Origin: Botryllus schlosseri
Taxonomy: Eukaryota
Assembly: GCA_051294905.1 (NCBI GenBank)
Contig: CM119380.1
Location: forward strand, 20,832,001-20,896,000
Direction of reading: 5' to 3'
DNA length: 64,000 nucleotides
Shown: in pieces, positions 1-12,956 of the stretch
How the letters are laid out: every line of letters starts with the position of its first letter
How positions within the stretch are numbered: the first letter of the stretch is position 1
The notes under the pieces: generated by a model
What the model was told of the DNA's origin: nothing
Seen by the model: only the letters and a program-made list of their open reading frames with translations
The model's database searches: none
Program-made: the position numbers and the translations under genes

Positions 1-380
1 CCCCGCCATATCGCGGCCTGTGACGCAAAGCGACCACCGAAAGGCGAAAGCTAGCTTTCCAATCGATCAATACCTGAAACGCAATGAAGCGAGATGAATC
101 GCTTGAGCGATAATATACCGTTGTTCGAATTACCCGATGATGTACAATGTAAGAATGTATATCATTGGAATCATGTGCGGCATTCGTTACTATTATATAT
201 AAAGGGAGCATGTGTATAGAACCAAAATAGTTTTACATTCACTGCACCGAATCGACGCAGGAAGTGTGGAAAAATGATTATGGTGGTCAGCTTTGGCACA
301 CGTGACGTCATCTTCTTTCTAGGATTCATTTCGAGGCAATCTCTTTTCTGCTTTGCCAAACGCAGGCTATGAATCGATCG

Positions 381-450
381 AGTTCAAGTTCAAGTTAATT
401 CATAAAATTTCATCACTTCAAAACATCACAAGACGATAATGAGAAATACT
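381..450 (-). mobile_element. LINE 3'-end fragment
   Basis: Near-identical to 58872-58925; (TTGAAC)n tail. Confidence 0.55.
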
Positions 451-1252
451 AGATTTTCGTTTTATGCTCTGTAATTGGATCGGTAGCGAGATGTGTATAT
501 TTATGATTTATCGTGCGATACATATGCCCTATTTGCACCTTGCTGTTGCCCGTCAATTAATTGTTCACGATCCATTTTATGCTTTCTATCGTCGTGAATA
601 CAAAGCCAATAGTAGAGTCTTGTAATACATGTATTTTCGCGTATTCATTCCAAGTAATCGATTTTTCCTTCCCCGCATCAAATTGCGGCCTTGTAGACGA
701 CTTGTTATCAAGCTGAATATCATCGAGTAACTTGAAATTCTACACCTTTTCACTCGCTTAACCAACAGACCAAGTCTAAAAACCTACTTCGATCACACCG
801 TTGTGAATCACGTTTCCCATTACAAGTCCTTCAAGTTGGCAAAACCAACGTAGATGCATCTCCTATTTGGTACCATCGATCAATCACGAACCGCCACAAC
901 TGCTCTTCCTGGCAAGATATTTTTTGTCATCTGTCATTTTACATCAGCCTATCTTCTTTTTTATCATCATCAACAGGCCATACCACGCCTTCAAGCTTTG
1001 TAAGGGCCCTGTGCCTTAAACGTGTTTGTAAGAAGCTTCGGATTCTGGCATGCAAGTCCACACGCGCAACAGGTATGGCTGAACCGCAGTCAAGCTACAA
1101 AAGCAGAAAATGTAGAGTAGGCAACACACCGCTTTCATCAGTGAAAAATGTGCTGCTTTCTCAACGAGCGACAAAAAGTTGGTCAAGATTGTATTGCACA
1201 GATGACGATACATGCAATATTGAACGAGAAACTTGGTTACACTGATGTAAGG

Positions 1253-4200
1253 TCACTGCACCTCCTCGTCGACAATGTCAGACAGTAATTGAATAAGGCT
1301 CTCGATCCCGAAAATATACCCCTTGTCGGGTCCCTTATGAATAACCGATTCGTCCATGAACTGATGAGTCGACTTTGCAAAGTCTATCATACGGATATCA
1401 ACCACGGTATTGCGCTTATCTCTATCGGACGGCTGTAGAAAATTGGACAGATGTTTCTTTGCGTGCGGTTCGCTTTCCTTGGGTAGGCTCTGCAAAATCC
1501 AAACAATATGAAATGACAAACATTAAGCATCTTCAGCAAAGAGTGGACAGTGAGATATTCCCGTAACCCAGTTCCATAGTCAACATCAAGCGCAATAATC
1601 GAGACATATGAATCACGTAGGACTCAGTCACTAATCATAGGATTTGTTAACTGCATATGTACACATTGTAATGTACAGACACGTACAGTAGGGAACAGCA
1701 CAAGAGACTTCTGTGTGGCAATGCCACTCTCGGGCCTTCTCGTAAGTTACGGGGAGAGGGGATGCTTTGTGTAAGTAGAAAGAGAACTGAGACAATAAGC
1801 ATCCGCAAGAAGTGATCGTAATCGAGTACATTTTAACAACCCCTCTCCAAGGCCATGTCAAAATCGCTGATAGAAAACCGGGCTCAGGAAAAGCTTGATT
1901 CTAAATTTGTACTCGCACTCCGAACTGCAGCATCCGTCATTGCAATGTACATGCACTATTGGGAGTGTTCAAGTAAGTTTTGCCTAATTGCAATAGATAA
2001 TCCAGCGGCTATAACCTCTCTCACTGTAGCAGTTTGTTAGGATAAATTAAAAACGATTAGATTGTGCGGGGGTTGACTTTTCAAGTCTTCGATGTCCGAT
2101 CGCCTAAGAGTCTTGTTTAAAGAAAAAAAGAAGACGGCATGTGAAAATGGGACATTCGGGCGTCCTCCGAGGACAAATAATCCTGAAAGAGGACATATGG
2201 TACTTAACTCAGTCATAGCACAGTGATACTATACCATGCCTCCCCTCCGAATCTTCAAGGCGATTCGGTCAGGTCTACCGCAACATCCACATCGCAGAAC
2301 CTACCTGAACCCGACTGTTGTCGGCAGGTTTCGGAGTTAATCCGAGGTTATCTCCGCCGTTTGCCGAGTCCCCAGCAATCTCGACAGCGCCGTCGTACAT
2401 GATAAGCAGCGAGCTGGAATAGAATCGGTACGATGGCAACATGTTGAGCCGGTTCATGAGCGATCGTAAGTTTTCAATGATCGGCTTGATGACGTCGGTA
2501 CGCGTTCCGCAACCGTTGCAGAAGAACTCTCGCAGCGCGGCACGGAATCCATCGACCGACAGGGCGCGGCCGAAGTATTTGTTGCGGCACAGGAACGTGC
2601 CCGACTCGTGCTGGTAGACCTGGAAATGTACGACCTCAAGTTAGGTCGGTGATCCTTCAAGTTTTATGAGACAATGGGGGCAAAACAATCAAATGCGGCG
2701 ATTTGCCGGGGTCTAAACAAGTCACAAGGTCCCGACTCACAAGTCAAATATATTTTTACAGTTTTGACTCGAGTCATTTTCAATTCACCACCAAGTCATT
2801 GTGTTACAACTCTGTTTGTGAGATAGTGAATGCCTCACATTCATAATATAGAAATTTTCCTCATTAGACACAGTTTCTGGCCTTATTTTGCAAACGCCAA
2901 TACTGATAGACAAAATACCAATAGTGCGGTAGCTTACTATTCTTCAAAGTTGCCTGTGTGTTTCTGTAGATAACGGTAGATGTAGTAGTAGAACACATAC
3001 GAAACTACTCGTGTACTATAGAAAGTATATTGACATCGTTACTAATGATCTCTGGCTTTTGGGGGGAAGTAAAAAAAGTTGAGAACTACCGAGCTAGATC
3101 GTCCGTTGATGATAGGCGAATCACAGAGCAATTTCGGTGCGCTATTGCTGACTGAATGCGCGGCGTAGTATAGTATGAGGAATGATCCATTATGAAGATT
3201 TAGGTCATGAACACAGCGTACAACAAGAAGAAACAATATGTGAATGCATTAGGAATAATGGAAGAGAGAGAGATGATATTCCTTTTCGCCGGCATCATTG
3301 AGACACTTTGACGACGGAGATGAGATGCGACCTTTAGTAGGTCATCTAGTCTGCACCCCCCTTTTCTCTCCTCCATGCTATCTGTGGATGATGAGCGCCT
3401 AGCAGGATAGTAGCGATTTTCAAGACAAAACTACTCCAGTAGAAGTAAAAAATGAATTATCTGAAAAGTAATCGAGTAGTTTCATAAAGTAGGCTAGCTT
3501 TGGAGGAGTGGTCACAGACTATAATCAGTTGATCTTAAGTAGCTACATTCGAAATTGCAAAATGCATTCTCGGGGCTGACAATACATGACTAACTACACT
3601 GCATATGGGTGGAATCTCCAAACATAAATAATTTTGCTGCTGTGATACAGGAGCTATTTCAAGCAGCTCTTCAAACAAGTTCACTCGTAGAAGTAGCAGT
3701 ACTTCATTACTGACCAGTGACCACCTCTGGTTTCTAGCAATCACGCCATTCTTGAAAATATAATTAGCAGCTCGACCTGAAAATCAACCGTGCGATCCAA
3801 TTTCTAGTATTGTATTCTGTATTAGATTTAATAATTAAAAGGTTCAGCACCGATATCAGCCAGATTACACGTTGTCAGGAATACGTTTGGATGTAGATTT
3901 CAAGATAATCGCTCATATATGGCGCACGCTGTCGGACAACAACAATGAGGCGCTGGAATTTCAAATCGCAGCAAGATTAACACCCTCAAGCGCTTGGCTA
4001 TAAATAGAACGAGACAAGAAAAACACCAAAGCAGAAACTGCAAACTCTCTAGCCAGACTCTAGACAAAAGAGAAGGTAATACATTGCTGAAGTCGACACT
4101 AATAATATCACCTGCATGCCGGCTAGTCGGACTCCAAGCGATTGAGTGGTTGATTTCGCGCATTTTGCGAGATGCCTCTCCCGTTTTGCGGGGTCGTCGA

Positions 4201-7200
4201 AATCTCCGTGGACCCGCGTGCCCATTTTCAAATCCAAAATGCACGGATACTTGAACCGGCTAGTTACATTTTCCAACAGTATGCATTCTGAACACGGAAA
4301 GTCTTATTAGGCCTACTTTATTTGATCATATACCGTGAAACGGCAAAAAAAGCAGGTCGGCTACTTGAACCCATTGCGCGTTACAATTTTCAATTCCTGG
4401 AATCACAAAATATCCTTTCATCAAGTTACGCCACCACTGCATGCCTTTTACCTTCATAAGTATGGCATCGATAGACAGTGAATGATATACTTAAACAAGA
4501 CCTACTAAAAATTGGCAACAGCTATTCAGCATAACGTACATATCATTGCATCTATTACAGTACCTTGCTCATTTGGCTTGGAATTACCCGATAGGCCTAC
4601 CACATCAAGCCGGGACACGTTGATGTTTATCATTTCAAGGCACGGTGCTCAGTACAAACGCAAGACTTGCAATACGGTGAATAGTCGAATTAACTTCGTG
4701 AAGTTCGTCAATCTAACTCTCACCTTGGGCTACAAATTTATAGCGAGGGTGGAATGTTTTCAGAGACATTGAAAGCAATAATTACTATTGTATCAGCATA
4801 TGAAACACTCTCAATGAAACAGTAAGTAAATTGAAGAGCACAATACAATCTATTCCGTTTCCCCTTCTTGATACTAGCATTTTGTGTGATAAAACCGCAT
4901 CTTCCACAAAATTTATCTCATGTGTGCCGGTCTGCCTTTCTGTTTTCATTTTTGCCAAATCCTACCCCCTATCCCAAAATAGAAAAGCAGAATCAGAATA
5001 CCAGCAGGGTACACGAGTTTAGTAAGTACTTGATGCGGGGCTTCAGTTAGGTTGCAGTCTATAGAGCAGGGGTCACCGATGCGGCCCGCGATCTGATTTG
5101 AGATTTCGGAGGAACGCTTGGTAGAGCATTTTGAAATGCTGAAATTGAATTTCCCGTTTAAAAATATTGTTTTCGTTGTTCAAAACAAGCTATTCTCCAG
5201 TTTCCAACATTACTATTCCTCACTACAGCTGATACGACTTCGGCAATGGTATTAGCATTCCATGGAGGAAGGATTAGCTGATATTAATATGCATGGGCGA
5301 CTTAGGGCTGTTCAAAAATAACTTTTTTTTCCCGATTCAAGCCGGTCACCTCTTAAATCGTCAGGTTGCAGTAGAAAACCTTGCTCACCAAATTTCACTC
5401 GATTCCAATCAGTAAAGGCCTCCGCAGATCCAATTAAAATTTTTAATTTATTATGAAAAATTAAAAAAAAAAATTTCAAAATTTTTCTGCCAACCTCATG
5501 AAATTGTTGAGCTGTCTTCAAAGACGTTGCAAAACAAATTTGAGTCAATTCCGACCAGTAGAAGCGGAGTTATTGGAGTTTTTCGTTGAAATTTCTCGGA
5601 TTATCCTTGATTGGGGGATACTCCGCGATTTATCAACGAAAAACTCACATAACTCCGCTTCTACTGGTCGGAATTGACTCAAATTTGTTTTGCAACGTCT
5701 TTGAAGACAGCTCAACAATTTCATGGGATTGGCAGGAAAATTGAGAAATTTTTTTTTTTAATTTTCCATAATAAATTAAAAATTTTAATTGGATCTGCGG
5801 AGTCCTATACTTGATAGAATCAAACCAAATTTGGTGTGCAGCGTTTCTTAGGGTAACCTGACAATTTAATCAGTGAATGGCTGGAATCCGAAGAAAAAAG
5901 TTATTTTTGAACAGCCCTAATGGGCGTGTTTTCTGGACGTGTCTGGACCTTATCTGTTTTACTATTCATAAGTAGAGATACTCGGACTCGGATAGTCAAC
6001 CTTTTTTATTTTTAGACACCTCCACAAGTGCAAGGTAACACAATGGTAAAAGATCAGGGAAACCCCATTACCCACGAGAGCATTGCCGTGATTTGGCAGA
6101 CAGGAGGGAGGAGGGGTCGGGTTATCACCATAAATATAGCCAATCAAAAAACGTTGGCGAGATTCCTAGCGGATCCAAGTGAATTTCAGACCGCAGAACA
6201 AGGACCTTTGCTAAAGTAGTTGAGTATCCGTGCTGTAGAGTACAAAAACTCTCTCCTATACCCTGAAGACCAAGGAGCTTCAAAATAAATACAATCATCT
6301 GACTAATTCCCGATGGTCACAAGCAACCAAGTTATAAATAGGTGAGATTCACATTACTGCTAGTATATTTCTCATAGTCATCAGTAATGTGTCAGTGGTT
6401 CAGTGCTCACAACCATTTTATCCTATGGTAAGGCAAACACAACACCTACCAGTAACTCTAACTGAAAATTATTCTATTAACAACAAGACCGTGGAGATAG
6501 AAGCAATAGCAGCATCTATGACTGAAGTGAAGGCGACAGAGTAATATTTTAGTAACGTTGATGTACTGTACTTCATAACAGACCACATCAGTTACGGAAT
6601 ACAACACACCTAATGAGCCGTATGCAAGGAAAGATGACATGAGACATGAAATATTCGAGCAGACAGCAATAAAAGTAACTGAGCATTGGAAGCATCGATT
6701 TGTGATCGATAGCTTACGATATATTCCACAATTTATATTCTTATAATCATATTATTTGAAAGCATACAACAAGGAGACATTCGTACTTTGCACGACTTTA
6801 CTTTTACTGTGCAAGTGTCTCTTCAAGCCGTCTTTATACACCTTGAGCATCCAGGGGTTGAAGCGAGTGTCTAACGATGAATTCCCAAATTCCGAGTTAT
6901 CGCCGTCCTCATGTTGTATACAGACGCTGCCCGTACGCTTGAGGCATATTCTGAAAAATATTTCATCATGTACCACTCACACGGACATCGATTTATAGGG
7001 AGGAAGAGATTTGCAAATGAAATGTATGCGGTGATTCGTGACAGATTGCATTCTGATAAGCATCCACTATGCATGACTTCATACATTGTTGTGAAAATCA
7101 GTGCTTCGTTGAAGCAAAACAAAATTAGCCTATCGTCAGTAAAGGATACACCTTTTCTGTATATTTCATTCTATTGGAGAGGTGTATCTTATAGATCGGA

Positions 7201-10200
7201 ACAATGACTTTGCGCAGAACACGCCGTAATTTGAATGGAATTTATTTGCCTTTTCCTGTACGACGCACAATATGTGTTATATAAGCTATTGATAATGTCT
7301 TCTGTTTTCATATATTCCGCAAAATCTTGCCATATCATGTCAGTGATGTCACATAAATTAGAACCTTACTTCCAGTTGAAATTTGGTGCCATCGACACAT
7401 ACACAGTATTCGAGGCGGGCATGTCGTAGATGCGAATCCGTCACTTTACCGTAGCACACACTCCAGCATAGAGCCCCGAGATTTCCTATGAAACATCGGG
7501 ATAAAATACCCCGTTTCATCCATACCTTTGGTGTGAGCTCTGTTCGTCCGCATGCTGCACTCGCATTACCGCTCGTTTCCAGGGTTCCGCATTATTATTA
7601 TCGTCAAATGCATCGTGTTCTCGCTGTTTATCATACCCTTCTTTGCCGTCAGGCGGGAAAGCGGTGAGAGCAATGGTGCCGTCTTTATTTTCTTCAATAT
7701 TTACATTCACGACTCCTAGAAAATCAATTGCAGGTGTCAGTGTTCGGATAGTACGGCACGGCTACAGAATATTTCAGACACCCTGTATATATTACATATG
7801 CCATTAGGCCTACATCCCTTGAATTATAGTAGGCTACTGCTTAGCTCAGTGGTTCCCAACCGGGGGAATTTTGAGATTTTCATGGGGGAATCTGGCTTTA
7901 GGGTAGTAACGCGACATGCGCTGGGTTCACTACATTTTTTGACTTTTATGGTAGAACTGCAAAGTATGAAACTAGTTCTTTGCAATTGTATGTTTCTTTT
8001 GGTGGATTCTTATCTAGATATAGGTTTAAATGCTTTTTAAAATCTTTCATTTCGGTAGAAATTTCACCCCTTGAAAAAGTGAGGCAAATTGAGGCTCGAG
8101 AGACGATGTCGTTTGGCCCGCGACAGCCTCTCCCAAATTGCCACTAAGCAGGAAGAAGCCATGCCGAATTCAGCACAAGTCCGCTTGGGAAAATATTCAT
8201 CTATTTAAGCCAACGTCTGAGCTAACGTGTAAAACATACGAAGTCATCGATTCAACTCAGGGCCATCGCAAAAGCGAACTTGGTGATGGTGATTCGTTTG
8301 CAGTCCGGAGCTACCCGAACAGGCCAAATTTAGAGTAATGCTACCACAACGGAAAGTGATGAACTAATTTCTTTTGATTTAGTCAATTTCTAAATAACAA
8401 TACACCTAGTGTTAAATATAATTGATATGGAAGTAGCCCGCGGTACTTTACCAAAGTGTAATGCGGTCCGCATTCAACATAGTTTGGGCATATCTGAATA
8501 TGTTCAGTTTGGGCATATATTGCTCAGTCAACAAATGGCTGTGCGTTAAAAAGCACCATTTTTAGTCGCCGGGAAACTTTCTTGGGGGGCGGGGGGATTT
8601 GGGGTAAAATATCGGCCAAGGGGCCACGAGACGAAAAAGGCTGGGAAACACTGGCTTAGCTGATCAGTGATCATGAATACTTCAAACGATCATCAGTGGT
8701 TATTAGGATTGTGTAAAATGATTCCAATATCAATTGCAATAATTCTACTTAAGTAGTGATGAATGAATGTGCCTGTTAAGAATACGGCATATATTTATCA
8801 TATATACCTGTAGTAGTATTAGTAGGTAAGGTAGGCATACATTAATTCCTTGAGTTCAACCCTAACTGGTAATTTTCCAAATCATAATCGACGCCCTTGG
8901 GTTACGCAAGGAGTCAATTATTATTCAACACAAATAAGATAACAGGTGAGGAATGTCCCATCAGCAAAATTACTTGCTTGGCTCAAATGGAAAGGTTGAA
9001 ATAGTCTAGTTTGACTTCTTTGTATTCTGATACATCAAATATGCATCATTACATCCAATATTTAGAAGACTGTTATGTAACCAACTTGAACCTTGCGTAC
9101 CTGCATCACAACCAGCGTGCTGTCACAAAAAGTTCAAACACTAGCTACAGATTTTGCCCAACCACTCGCACACAAAGCACAGATCAAGCATGACGAGCAT
9201 GGGCACTTTCCACGGACAGCATGCACTTACACTTGTCTTGAAGTGGAATGTACCCACAAAGAATAAAAATGATAAAAGCAAATTTCTACTCGATCGCATT
9301 TCACAAAATTAATCAACAGCAAATGACGTTTTCAGAATCCTTTAAATTGAGCTTAGGTGAGTGAACGGAATGACATCTATTGACAACACAGATGACCAAA
9401 TTAAAACTTCTGTGAGTAATGAATAACTCCAGTTACAATATGACACTCTCAATCGATAACTATATTTACATACCTTTATATTGTGGAGTGTATCGCAAGA
9501 TGTCGCTTGGCAAGGATTGGTAGAAGCAATATTCACGGGAGTTCAGAGGTTTGCAAACAGTATTTTCATTTAAACACATCATGATTGCCCTTCCTGACAC
9601 CTGAAATAGATGGATGCAATGTTCACGTTTACTTAATTACAGTCATATCATAGACACTCATTCTTTCAAACCAACATTAGTATTTTAACAAATAGGCTAC
9701 AAAGACACACACATATATACCAGTATACTACCAACAGTGGTAGCCCATTCAATATCCCTACGACCTACCCATTTTTCAAACAATTATTTTGTCAAATACA
9801 AGGAATTTTCTGGTTCACCTAGTCCCCATTTCCAAAGATAACTAAATAAAGTAACGATCAAACGAATCTCTGAAGTTTTGAGATTGACTGTTGACTAGAA
9901 TCCATCCCATTGTGTGCATATCAGCTCAACAACTCAGCAAAGTTAAGCTTCAAGGTCCAGCCTTGCAGAGTTGATCACAGGAGGTACCGTTGCCAGTCAT
10001 TTCGGTATATGTTAATGGATAGAAAAAATGAGATCACAAGATAAAAAACAAAAATGAAACTGATTTCAAACCATTTACAATGACGTGCATTCATATCACA
10101 GAAAAGTCAATGTTTGCAGAATGACTTATCTTCATATGACATCGAATGGCGTCAATGACGATCTAAAAAGACACAAAACAAAAGCGCATGCGCATAAATA

Positions 10201-10474
10201 TTACTCGCAGTATAATATCCATTGAATTATCATCTTACAATCTACTACCCATTCAAAAATTAAGACTACAGTGGCTTTGCGAATAATAACATAACCGACA
10301 AGGCATCGGTAGCAAAATATATTCACGTTGCTATTATGTTTACTGCTATCTTGATCTCACCCACACCCATCTAAGTCTTACTTGATGCAGGAAAGGTTGC
10401 AACCGTATTCCATCCATAGATGTCAGCGTCTCCACTTCAGTCCCTTGCAATTGGCTGTTATTCATGACGACCAT
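1253..10474 (-). CDS. IP6K: Inositol hexakisphosphate kinase (IP6K family), 7 coding exons, 433 aa
   Basis: Exons 10382-10474, 9474-9600, 7526-7715, 6787-6950, 4112-4287, 2305-2619, 1253-1489: all GT-AG, phases consistent, total 1302 nt. Motifs LQPFLHQ, CKPL..RE..FY..LP....[22 protein letters not shown] (PxxxDxKxG), [30 protein letters not shown] match the IP6K family as I know it. Confidence 0.95.
3262..3412 (-). mobile_element. 5'-truncated SINE, subfamily 2
   Basis: Matches 56645-56790 (CTTTGACGACGGAGATG, GGTCATCTAGTCTGCACCCC, GAGCGCCTAGC). Confidence 0.7.
5303..5919. mobile_element. Fold-back element with very long TIRs (Mutator-like)
   Basis: Nearly whole-length inverted repeat from TAGGGCTGTTCAAAAATAAC to GTTATTTTTGAACAGCCCTA; flanks ATGGGCGACT / ATGGGCGTGT. 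Confidence 0.75.
7847..8653. mobile_element. Non-autonomous hAT (Buster-type) element
   Basis: Ends CAGTGGTTCCCAACC / GGCTGGGAAACACTG; perfect TSD GCTTAGCT. Confidence 0.85.
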
Positions 10475-12918
10475 AGTTCACCGGCGTCTATCTGAATTCC
10501 AAGATCTAAAACGCTTGCGTTGCTGCCTGACTTGGAACGAATTGTAGGATTTTATAGTTGGACGTCGGCAAGATTACTATATACAACTTGTATATCCAAT
10601 AACCAAGATTGCAGGCTGGTACTTAGTACACAAGATTATATTATTATAGACTACTAATTCGATATACTGTACTGAAAAAAATGATATAACATTATTGCAG
10701 TATAAGAAGGACTATATCAAATCGTGTAGGAGAGAAAATACCTAGACAAAAACATCCTCCTGGTTGACTGGTTCTAGTTACCGAAAATTCAGCTTCATAA
10801 CCTAGTATTAACTCAACCATGAGAATTATATATATTTAGCTGGAGGCAAACACCAGTACCGATGCATGACATGAACTTAAGGTAAGTGTTGAACAGAATT
10901 AGGTTATATTTACTGAACATAAACACTTGCAGGCGTGCAAACAACTAATTTAGGCCTACTCGCTGGAGCCCTGTCTGATTGTAATCTTTACTTAACAGTG
11001 TTTTCTAATATCAAATGCTGATAAGAGTTATCTCTTGTTCAAATTAGCAAGGCCATGACATCAAAATAAAAATGTAAATAATATTACATATATTAAAATC
11101 AGCAAGTTGACAAAACATCTATGGCTTATTTTCTGTACTATCATGATAGCCTTGATGTACTACTTGCATTATGAACACCTAGATATACACAGACAAGGCC
11201 TGGGTATTATCTCAATAAACTTATTGCATTAACGTCGTATAATCCATAATTTTGCCAATGTTTTCAAGATTGTGCACTAAAAATTATAAATGTCCCCCGT
11301 GTAGCATATCACCATTCTCTTTATATAGTCTACTACAGTTGGATCAACTTTACCAATTTGAGAATAAAGAAAAAAAGAATAACAATGAGCGGATAGTAGC
11401 CATCTTGACGAATTGAATAAACAAAGACCCTGGTGACTCATGAATATAGAATTTGGTAAACAAAGTGCTCCGAGAAGTCATTCCCGATTTCAATACAAGA
11501 ATACATGGAACCAGTGCATAAAGAACATTGCCTCCACTGAACAACAGAGAATGATCAACATTTATAGTTTGTCAGCTAGAGGAATTATGAATCTCCTGAA
11601 AAAGCTCTAACTGTACAAGAACAGTCTAGTTTGCCCTGATTCATATTCCGCATCACAAGGAAACATCCCGCTATATGAGTGATAGACCTATGATATCACA
11701 TGTCCTAATTTATAGCTATAGTCATCAGAAATCAAGGTAAAAGCTGAGCTAGAATGCAAATGGTAACTAAATGTAGCACCAGACAGTCGGTTCTTAAAAT
11801 TACCCGATATATGGAAATGATTAGGATATTGCTACAGTAAATTGCTATCACATAATCACAGTAGTTGAAATCAAATTGAAAGAAAGAAGTAAATATGAAA
11901 TACACATACACAACGCTATCATGTTCCAATATCATTTACAACTGTCTGGTTCAGTATGTGGACATATGATACACTCCTATGACCGTCCTAAATGCAAATC
12001 AAAACAAATCCCAATAACAACATATTTTGAAGTGTCGAAATGAATTAGCGAAAGGCAACCTACATTCTAGTCCTCCTCTTCCACATATAGCCAACAATAA
12101 CAAATGCATCATCCAGATTTGAAAACAACAGGCACTGTCCCATGAAAACACTCGAAATCACAGCCCAGGGAAAGGCATTTGGTTTCAGTGGCTGTATGTG
12201 TATTACAAAATCCATTATATCTATCCACTTGTCAAGTATGTTGAAATAGAATAGAAAACAAGCATATACGACTTGCTTATTCAATATTCCTCCTTGAGCC
12301 TCGCTGGAAAGAGAGAGAAAGAGAAAAATTTTTATTCATCATAAACACAAAAAAGGCTAACTGGAAAAGGTACAATTATAGCTCATATAGCTGCATAACC
12401 TTCACCTAATCACCTTACACTGCTTATTCAGTCTGTGGACAAACTCTATACAGGTGAGCTTATCATACTTTTGTTGTCTCAGTAAGTCACCAGTATATCG
12501 CCATATCGGTAGCGTACCACATAGAATTTATTCATAGTTTAGCTAGAGAGCAGACGTCGTCAACTCAAAAGGGGAAATTTCGTATAGAATTTTAGAGTTT
12601 ACATTCATATCAGCTGATTATCCCTTGATGAAAAAATGTTGCTATCGACGAAGCCGTTCCATGTCTCATCGATAGGGAGGAATAGTGCGCAGGCCGCAGG
12701 AGAATACCGGGTGGTAGCTTATTTTAAAACAACAATTAATAATTTGAAACTGAAATCAATTTCAGCCTCTCGAAATGCGTTACTTAACGTTCTTTCAAAA
12801 CCTCAAATCGAATCACGGGCCACAAAATATGAGACGACACTATTAGTGTCAAATATTGTGGTCTATAATGTAACTGATATGATATGAATGATGTCATTAT
12901 TATACATACGCAACGCAT

Positions 12919-12956
12919 CAGGGATATCTAGAACTCTAGAGTTCTAGATATCCCTG
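12919..12956. repeat. Perfect 38-bp palindrome flanked by a 9-bp direct repeat
   Basis: GCAACGCAT-CAGGGATATCTAGAACTCTAGAGTTCTAGATATCCCTG-GCAACGCAT. Confidence 0.9.

Noticed and set aside
1-60. CCGAAAGGCGAAAG looks like hammerhead helix II plus GAAA
   Set aside because: No CUGAnGA block in the right position; window edge prevents further assessment.
1358-1385. CTGATGAG hammerhead-like start
   Set aside because: No GAAA or helices follow; it is the antisense of an IP6K coding exon.
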